From Alphaproteobacteria bacterium (GTDB lineage Bacteria > Pseudomonadota > Alphaproteobacteria > GCA-2731375): a stretch of DNA of 64,000 nucleotides. Below, piece after piece: positions 57,640 through 64,000 of this stretch. Positions within the stretch are counted from its first letter, which is position 1. The number at the start of each line of letters is the position of its first letter. Below the pieces are notes generated by a model. It had not been told where the DNA came from, did not search any database, and saw only the letters and a list, made by a program, of their open reading frames with translations. The translations under genes were made by a program, and so were the position numbers. Location of the stretch: contig CBDDPY010000002.1 of the NCBI GenBank assembly GCA_965232515.1, forward strand, positions 1,984,001 to 2,048,000, read 5' to 3'.

Positions 57640-59070
57640 ATGGCAACGATCGTTCATTCGGCGGGCCGCGGACGGGTGTCGTGGCGCGGGGAGACGCGTG
57701 CGCTGGTGCGCTTGAGCGTGCCGCTCGTGCTGACCAATCTCGGTCAGATCGCCATGCAGACCACCGACGTGCTGATGATCGGCCGGCTCGGCGCGGTGCC
57801 GCTCGCTGCCAGCACGCTCGCCGTCAGCGTGTTCTTCATGCTGTTCATCTTCGGCATGGGCATCGCCATGGCGACGGCGCCGATGATCGCCCAGGATCTC
57901 GGCCGCCGGCCGTCGGCCGTGCGCGAGCCGCGCCGCACCGTGCGCCAGGGCTTCTGGGCGACGCTGGCGGTCGGCCTGCCGTCGCTCCTGGTGCTGTGGT
58001 ACATCGCGCCGATCCTGGAAGCGATCGGCCAGGAGCCTGAGCTGATCGCCGGCGCGGAGGCCTACACGCATGCCGCCATGTGGGGGCTGGTGCCGGGCTT
58101 GTGGTTCATCGTGCTGCGCAACTTCACCGCCGCGCTGGAGCGGCCGCGGCCGGCGTTGGTGATCACGCTGATCGGCATCGCCGTCAATGCGATCGCCGAC
58201 TATGTGCTGATCTTCGGCGCCTTCGGCGTGCCCGCCTACGGTCTCGTCGGTGCGGGCGCCGCCACCGCGATCTCGGCCGGCTTCCTGTTCGTCGGCCTGC
58301 TCGCCGTCGTGCTGCTCGACCGGCGCATGCGCCGCTACTACATCCTTGGCCGGTTCTGGCGGCCGGACTGGCGGCGGTTCCGCGACGTCTTCAATCTCGG
58401 CCTGCCGATCGCGATCACGCTCACCTTCGAGGTCAGCCTGTTCGCCATCGCCGCCCAGCTCATGGGCCTGATTGGCGTCGCGCAGTTGGCGGCGCACCAG
58501 ATCGCCATCCAGATCGCCTCGGTCACCTTCATGGTGCCGATGGGCCTCGGCCAGGCCGCGACCGTACGCGTCGGTCTCGCCGTCGGCCGCGGGGACACGC
58601 CCGGCATCCTGCGCGCCGGCCTGCTGGCGCTCGGCCTCGGCGTCGGTTTCATGGCCCTGATGGCGCTGGTGATGGTGACGCTGCCGCGCGCGCTCACCGG
58701 CCTGTTCCTCGACGTCTCGGCGCCCGCCAACGTCGCCGTGGTCGAGTTCGCCGTCGCCTTCCTGATCATCGCCGCCCTGTTCCAGATCGTCGACGGCGGC
58801 CAGGCCATCGGCGCCGGCGCGCTGCGCGGCATGAAGGACACGCGCTGGCCCATGGTCTTCGCCGGCGTCGGCTACTGGCTGATCGGTCTCGGCGGCGGCA
58901 TCGGCCTCGCCTTCGGTCTCGAGCTCGGCGGCATCGGCATCTGGTACGGCCTCGCCGCCGGCCTCGCCTTCACCGCCGTGCTGATGATCGGCCGCTTCCT
59001 GCTGCTGCACCGGCGGCTCGTCGGGACAGCAACACACCAGAGGAGTAAAGCACCATGGATCTCGATCTGA
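57640..59070 (+). CDS. MATE efflux transporter (NorM-like)
   Basis: TTDVLMIGRLG, LGLPI, AAHQIA, FQIVD, LRGMKDT. Confidence 0.92.
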   Translation: MATIVHSAGRGRVSWRGETRALVRLSVPLVLTNLGQIAMQTTDVLMIGRLGAVPLAASTLAVSVFFMLFIFGMGIAMATAPMIAQDLGRRPSAVREPRRTVRQGFWATLAVGLPSLLVLWYIAPILEAIGQEPELIAGAEAYTHAAMWGLVPGLWFIVLRNFTAALERPRPALVITLIGIAVNAIADYVLIFGAFGVPAYGLVGAGAATAISAGFLFVGLLAVVLLDRRMRRYYILGRFWRPDWRRFRDVFNLGLPIAITLTFEVSLFAIAAQLMGLIGVAQLAAHQIAIQIASVTFMVPMGLGQAATVRVGLAVGRGDTPGILRAGLLALGLGVGFMALMALVMVTLPRALTGLFLDVSAPANVAVVEFAVAFLIIAALFQIVDGGQAIGAGALRGMKDTRWPMVFAGVGYWLIGLGGGIGLAFGLELGGIGIWYGLAAGLAFTAVLMIGRFLLLHRRLVGTATHQRSKAPWISI

Positions 59071-59852
59071 CCGGCAAACTGGCTCTGGTAACCGGATCGA
59101 CGCGGGGCATTGGCCTCGCGGCCGCAAAGGGGCTCGCGGCCATGGGCGCCGAGGTCATCGTCAACGGCCGCGGCGACGACGCCGTCGCCAGGGCGCTCGA
59201 TGAAATTCGGCAAGCCGTTGCGGAGGCCAAGCTACGCGGCTTGGCGGCAGACATCTCGGATGCCGCCGGCTGCGATGCCGTGATCGCCGCCTGTCCGGAT
59301 GTCGACATCCTGGTCAACAACATGGGCATCTACGAGCCGAAGCCGTTCTTCGAGATCCCGGACACGGATTGGCAGACCATGTTCGACGTCAACGTGATGA
59401 GCGGCGTGCGCCTGACGCGCCACTACCTGCAGCGCATGCTCGACACCAGGGACTGGGGCCGCGTCGTTTTCGTCTCCAGCGAGTCCGGCATCGTCATCCC
59501 GAAGGAGATGGTGCATTACGGCTTCTCGAAAGGCGCGCAGCTCACCATCGCGCGCGGCGCGGCCGAATACACCAAGGGCACCAACATCACCGTCAACTCG
59601 GTGCTGCCGGGACCGACCTGGGTCGAGGCCCAAACCGAACGCCTGACCGCGCGGGCCGAGGCGCAAGGCACCACGGTCGAGGATCTGAAGGCGCGCACCT
59701 TCAGCGAACGCCGCCCCAGCTCGCTGCTGCAGCGCTACGCGAGCACCGAGGAGGTCGCCAACATGATCTGCTACGTCTGCTCCAAGGCCGCCAGCGCCAC
59801 CAACGGCGCCGCCCTCAGGGTCGAAGGCGGCATCGTCAGCAATCCGTTTTAG
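59055..59852 (+). CDS. SDR family oxidoreductase
   Basis: TGSTRGIG, NNMG, YGFSK, VNSVLPG. Confidence 0.92.
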   Translation: MDLDLTGKLALVTGSTRGIGLAAAKGLAAMGAEVIVNGRGDDAVARALDEIRQAVAEAKLRGLAADISDAAGCDAVIAACPDVDILVNNMGIYEPKPFFEIPDTDWQTMFDVNVMSGVRLTRHYLQRMLDTRDWGRVVFVSSESGIVIPKEMVHYGFSKGAQLTIARGAAEYTKGTNITVNSVLPGPTWVEAQTERLTARAEAQGTTVEDLKARTFSERRPSSLLQRYASTEEVANMICYVCSKAASATNGAALRVEGGIVSNPF

Positions 59853-59889
59853 CCGACGCCGCTTTCCCGGCCGGCAAGCCGGCGATAGC

Positions 59890-60651
59890 ATGGCGGCAAT
59901 GTTCGATCCTCTCACCATCACCGCCGTCGCCGGCACCTTTCTGATCGCCGGCGCCGTCAAGGGCGTGATTGGCCTCGGCCTGCCGACGGTCAGCCTGGCG
60001 CTCCTGACGGTAGCGCTCGACCTGCCGGCGGCCATGGCCCTGCTGCTGGTGCCGTCGTTCGTGACCAACGTCTGGCAAGCGCTGGTCGGCGGCAATGTCT
60101 CGGTCATCCTGCGTCGGCTGTGGCCGTTCCTGCTGATGGCGACGCTCACGGTCTGGCTCGGCGCGACGGCGTTGACGCGCGTCGATCTCGATCTGCTCTC
60201 CGCCCTGCTCGGCGCGCTGCTGGTGGTCTATGGGACGGCGAACCTCGCCGGTTTCCGCCTGAGCGTCAGCAGCCGGCAGGAGGTCTGGGTCGGGCCGCTC
60301 ATCGGCACGGCGAACGGCGTGCTGACCGGCATGACCGGCTCGTTCGTGGTGCCGGGCGTCATGTTCCTGCAGGCCATCGGCCTGCCGCGCGACATGCTGA
60401 TCCAGGCCATGGGCATGCTGTTCACGGTGTCGACCGTGGCGCTCGCCGTGGCGCTGCAGGGCAACGCGCTGCTGACGGCGGACCTGGGCCTGCTCTCCAC
60501 CGCCGCCCTGCTGCCGGCCATCGCCGGCATGGCGCTGGGCCAGCGCATCCGCCAACGCCTGTCGGAGGAACGATTCCGGCGCGTGTTCTTCAGCGCCCTG
60601 CTGGCGCTCGGCCTCTACATCATCGCCACCGCCGCGACGGGCCAGGCCTGA
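59890..60651 (+). CDS. TauE/SafE (TSUP) family membrane protein
   Basis: AGAVKGVIGLG, PSFVTNVWQ, about 8 TM segments. Confidence 0.88.
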   Translation: MAAMFDPLTITAVAGTFLIAGAVKGVIGLGLPTVSLALLTVALDLPAAMALLLVPSFVTNVWQALVGGNVSVILRRLWPFLLMATLTVWLGATALTRVDLDLLSALLGALLVVYGTANLAGFRLSVSSRQEVWVGPLIGTANGVLTGMTGSFVVPGVMFLQAIGLPRDMLIQAMGMLFTVSTVALAVALQGNALLTADLGLLSTAALLPAIAGMALGQRIRQRLSEERFRRVFFSALLALGLYIIATAATGQA

Positions 60652-61188
60652 ATGTCACCGCACGAAGATTGGCGGCTACGTCCCGGCACCGCGGACGACG
60701 TCGACGGCGTCCACGCGCTTGCGGCCAAGCCCGATGTCTATCGCTACCTGTTCGATGGCGTCGCGCCCGAGCGCCAGGCGATCGCCGAGGCCCTGGCGCA
60801 ATGCGTGACGAATGCGGCCGAAAGCGGCCTCGGCCTCTGGGTCCTGACGCATCCGTCCGCGCCGTATGCCGGCGCGGTCTGGCTGCAGCCCGACCTCGCC
60901 GCGCGGTCGGCCGAGATCAGCTATCTGCTGGATCCGGACCATTGGGGACAGGGTCTCGCGACCCGCATGGCCTGGACCGTCATCGGCCACGCCTTCCGGA
61001 CGCGCCATATCGACCGCATCGTCGCCGGCGCCGACGCGCCCAACGCGGCATCGCTGGCGGTGATGGCGCGGCTCGGCATGCGCTTTCATCGCCACGTTCA
61101 ATATCCGATGGGCGCCGGCGTGGAATACGTCCTGCATCGCGACGATTCCGGCCCGAGCCCCCAACCCGCTCCGTTGTCCATCACCTGA
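60652..61188 (+). CDS. GNAT acetyltransferase (RimJ/RimL-like)
   Basis: HWGQGLAT, N.ASLAVM.RLGM. Confidence 0.88.
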   Translation: MSPHEDWRLRPGTADDVDGVHALAAKPDVYRYLFDGVAPERQAIAEALAQCVTNAAESGLGLWVLTHPSAPYAGAVWLQPDLAARSAEISYLLDPDHWGQGLATRMAWTVIGHAFRTRHIDRIVAGADAPNAASLAVMARLGMRFHRHVQYPMGAGVEYVLHRDDSGPSPQPAPLSIT

Positions 61189-61260
61189 GAGGCGGGCGAA
61201 CCGGGTGCAATACCGGGCCGGATCTGCTATGCAGCCGCCGGCAAAAGCAGGAACGGACCC

Positions 61261-61884
61261 ATGTCGCTCGAACTCGTCACGTTAGCGCTCTTCGCCGGCG
61301 CCCTGTTCGTCAATGCCGGCTCGCCGGGTCCCAGCGTCGCGGCGCTGGTCTCGCGCGTGTTGACGCGCGGCTGGCGCGAGGTCGTGCCGTTCGCGGCGGC
61401 CATGTGGGTCGGCGAGGTCATCTGGCTCAGCGCCGCCGTGTTCGGCCTGGCAGCGCTGGCGGAAACCCTGCATTGGGCCTTTGTCGCGCTGAAGTATCTC
61501 GGCGTCGCCTATCTACTTTATCTCGCCTGGACCATGTGGTTCACGCCGGTCACGCCCGGCGGAGAGTCGCCGACGGTCGCGCGCGGTTCGGGCCTGCGCA
61601 TGTTCCTCGCCGGCCTGGCCGTGACCTTGGGCAATCCCAAGATCATGGTCTTCTATCTCGCGCTACTGCCGAACATCATCGACCTCGCGGCGTTGGGCAC
61701 GTCGGGCTGGCTCGAACTGTCGGCAACGCTGATCGTCGTGCTGGCGGCCATCGACGTGACCTACATCGCCCTCGCCGCCAAGGCCCGCCAGCTCCTGAAA
61801 CGTCCGTCCGTCGTCAGGCTCGCCAACCGCATCGGCGCGCTCTGCATGGGCGGCGCCGCCGCGACCATCGCCGCGCGGTCCTGA
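61261..61884 (+). CDS. LysE/RhtB family translocator
   Basis: SPGP, KYLGVAYL, NPK motifs. Confidence 0.9.
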   Translation: MSLELVTLALFAGALFVNAGSPGPSVAALVSRVLTRGWREVVPFAAAMWVGEVIWLSAAVFGLAALAETLHWAFVALKYLGVAYLLYLAWTMWFTPVTPGGESPTVARGSGLRMFLAGLAVTLGNPKIMVFYLALLPNIIDLAALGTSGWLELSATLIVVLAAIDVTYIALAAKARQLLKRPSVVRLANRIGALCMGGAAATIAARS

Positions 61885-61896
61885 TTCGTCTTCGGG

Positions 61897-62244
61897 TCAG
61901 TCGTCCAGCGTCGCGTTCAGCACGTTCGCGAACGCGGTCGGCTCGGCAGCGAAGGTCAGCACCTGGTCCAGCGCCGACGGTCCGCCGCGCCGCGCCGCGC
62001 AGGCCTCGCCCTCACAGGTAATCGACACCGTATCGGCGGTGCAGGTGATCACCCGGCCCCATTTCGAGTCCGCGTCGTCGAACCGCCAGCCCTGGTCGAA
62101 CGCGCCGCCATGTTCGGCGCAGACCGCCTGAAACGCGGTCCGGTAGGCCGCCACCATGTCGGCGGCGGCGGCAATACTGCCCGGCGTCGTCCATACCAAT
62201 ACGGAAACCGCTATGCCCCCTCCCCATCGTCCCAAGAAGCTCAT
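61897..62244 (-). CDS. Hypothetical exported protein with 4 Cys
   Basis: GGAGG RBS, signal-like N-terminus. Confidence 0.55.
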   Translation of the reverse strand: MSFLGRWGGGIAVSVLVWTTPGSIAAAADMVAAYRTAFQAVCAEHGGAFDQGWRFDDADSKWGRVITCTADTVSITCEGEACAARRGGPSALDQVLTFAAEPTAFANVLNATLDD

Positions 62245-62440
62245 GGTTAAGGTCCCTCCGTTACTCAGCCGGTCAAGACCGGTTCACCCCCGCCGGTTCG
62301 TAGACAAGCCGCCACGGTAAGGCTGCCGGCGCCACATTTCAGAACGATGTCTGCCCGCGCGCCGAAATGTTTCAATTGCTGCCGACGGAACACGGGCCGT
62401 TGGCGTCCCTGTCGCCCGCTTTCGGCGATAGGCTGTTGAG

Positions 62441-63847
62441 ATGAGTCGCACGCACGCCCCTCATATCCCGGCCGCCGCCGGCGCGGCCTATCCGTTGCGC
62501 GACGGCAATCGACTGCACCCGCTGATCGGCGGACGCGAGACCTTCCGGCGCATTTGCGCGGCGGCCGAAGCGGCGCGACACAGCATCTGGTTGACCGTCG
62601 CCTTCCTGACGCCCGACTTCCGGATGCCGGACGGTCACGGTTCGCTGTTCGATGTTCTCGACCGCGCCGTCGACCGCAGCCTCGATGTCCGCGCGCTGTT
62701 CTGGCGCCTCAATCCCGAAACGGCGGAACACGGACCGACCGTGTTCTCCGGCACGCCCGAACAACGCGCCATGCTCGCCGCACGGGGCTCGCGCTTCCGC
62801 GCCCGCTGGGACCGCGCCTTCCGCGGCTATGCCCAGCACGCCAAGAGCTGGCTGTTCGACGCCGGCCACGACACCGAGATCGCCTTCGTCGGCGGCACGA
62901 ACCTCAACCCCCGATACCTCGTCTCGCCGCCCGACGTGATCGACGGCCAGGACCACGATCTGTATCTGGAACTCGCCGGACCGTCGGCAACCGACGTGCA
63001 CCATAACTTCGTCCAACGCTGGAACGAGGCCAGCGAGCGTAACGCGGACGACGGCGTCTGGGGCCACAACGGCGACGATGACCTCGCATTCCCGACACGC
63101 GCGGCCAAACCTCAAGGCGCCAGCAATGTGCAGATCCAGCGCACGATCCATGCGGGGCTCTACGGCAACGACCATCCAACGCCGGACGGCGATCCCTTCT
63201 TCATCGCCGGCGGCGAGCGGTCGATCTTCGAGCAATATCTTAAGGCCATTGGCACGGCCCGCCGCACCATCTACATCGAGAACCAGGCGCTCGAAGTCTT
63301 GCCGATCGTCCGCGCGCTAAATGACGCCCTCGACCGCGGCGTCACCGTCACCGCGCTGGTGCCGGCGGTGCCGGAGCCACGCTTGGCCCGGATGCGACGC
63401 AACCCGGCCCACCGGGATCTGTTCGCGGGACTGGCAGCCCTCGGGCGTCACGAACGCTTTTCGCTGCTCGGAATCGCCGCGCAGGGGCGCGACGGCGGCC
63501 GCCATCCGGTCCATGTCCATGCCAAGGTCATGCTGGTAGACGACGCCTGGGCGACCATTGGCTCCGGCAATCTGCACGCCGGCTCACTTTTCGGCGGCAC
63601 CGAAATGAACGCGTCGTTCTGGGACGCCGACGCCGTCCGCGCCCTCCGGATCGCGCTGCTGGCCAAACATCTCGGTCAAGACACCGGCCATCTCGACGAC
63701 GTCGCCGCGTACGATCTCTACCGCGATGTGGCGGCGGAAAACCGCCTGAGGCATGACGCCCGCGAAGATGCCTGGCAGGGATCGGCGTTCTCGCTCGATC
63801 CGGCGACTTACGGCCGCGATGCCGCCGTCGGCACCCAGGCGTATTGA
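62441..63847 (+). CDS. Phospholipase D / cardiolipin synthase-like protein
   Basis: Two HxKxxxxD motifs (HAKSWLFD, HAKVMLVD), GGTN, IENQ, GSGN. Confidence 0.88.
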   Translation: MSRTHAPHIPAAAGAAYPLRDGNRLHPLIGGRETFRRICAAAEAARHSIWLTVAFLTPDFRMPDGHGSLFDVLDRAVDRSLDVRALFWRLNPETAEHGPTVFSGTPEQRAMLAARGSRFRARWDRAFRGYAQHAKSWLFDAGHDTEIAFVGGTNLNPRYLVSPPDVIDGQDHDLYLELAGPSATDVHHNFVQRWNEASERNADDGVWGHNGDDDLAFPTRAAKPQGASNVQIQRTIHAGLYGNDHPTPDGDPFFIAGGERSIFEQYLKAIGTARRTIYIENQALEVLPIVRALNDALDRGVTVTALVPAVPEPRLARMRRNPAHRDLFAGLAALGRHERFSLLGIAAQGRDGGRHPVHVHAKVMLVDDAWATIGSGNLHAGSLFGGTEMNASFWDADAVRALRIALLAKHLGQDTGHLDDVAAYDLYRDVAAENRLRHDAREDAWQGSAFSLDPATYGRDAAVGTQAY

Positions 63848-63904
63848 TTGACCGCTCATCCGCCACAATTTGCATGCAAGGGTAACCGGCAGGGGCAAGG
63901 CCAG

Positions 63905-64000
63905 ATGAATGTCCGCATGCAGGTCTGGGACAGTTTGACGCCCGAGATCGCCGCCCGGGCGCAGGCGCTGCAGCAATGGCTGATCGGCGACGCCCGGCAT
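63905..64000 (+). CDS. 5' start of a CDS running off the window
   Basis: Open frame MNVRMQVWDSLTPEIAARAQALQQWLIGDARH; too short to assign. Confidence 0.5.
   Translation, partial: MNVRMQVWDSLTPEIAARAQALQQWLIGDARH

Noticed and set aside
61189-61260. Cobalamin-riboswitch-like fragment (GAACCGGGTGCAATACCGG) upstream of lysE
   Set aside because: Only about 70 bp available and no B12-box or other conserved elements; an Infernal/Rfam scan would settle it

Overview
High-GC, gene-dense chromosomal segment whose gene content points to an alphaproteobacterium (inferred, possibly Rhodospirillales-like). It encodes transport systems (Dpp-type ABC with a duplicated permease, a Pho-box-linked AfuABC/FbpABC-type ABC plus PstS, TRAP, SSS, SbtAB, MATE, DMT, TauE, LysE), a melibiose/alpha-glucoside locus, and a long run of small stress/detox genes with ArsR, MarR, LysR and AraC regulators. 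It also holds ppa, amn, a cytochrome c plus IorAB-type molybdoenzyme, benzoate-CoA ligase with a BzdR/BoxR regulator, and Sel1, PilZ, PEP-CTERM and phospholipase D proteins. I saw no rRNA, tRNA, CRISPR array, integrase or transposase. The most notable observations are: (1) a Rieske domain fused to a four-His helical domain resembling questin-oxidase/BTG13-type non-heme iron enzymes, divergent from a SufR-like regulator with two clear operator boxes; (2) a lower-GC 1.6-kb insert bounded by a 77-bp direct repeat of the ppa 3' end, with no integrase; (3) a c-type cytochrome with Lys at the axial Met position; (4) an unannotated 30-aa membrane protein behind an FNR/FixK-like box. All calls come from reading motifs by eye; no searches were run.
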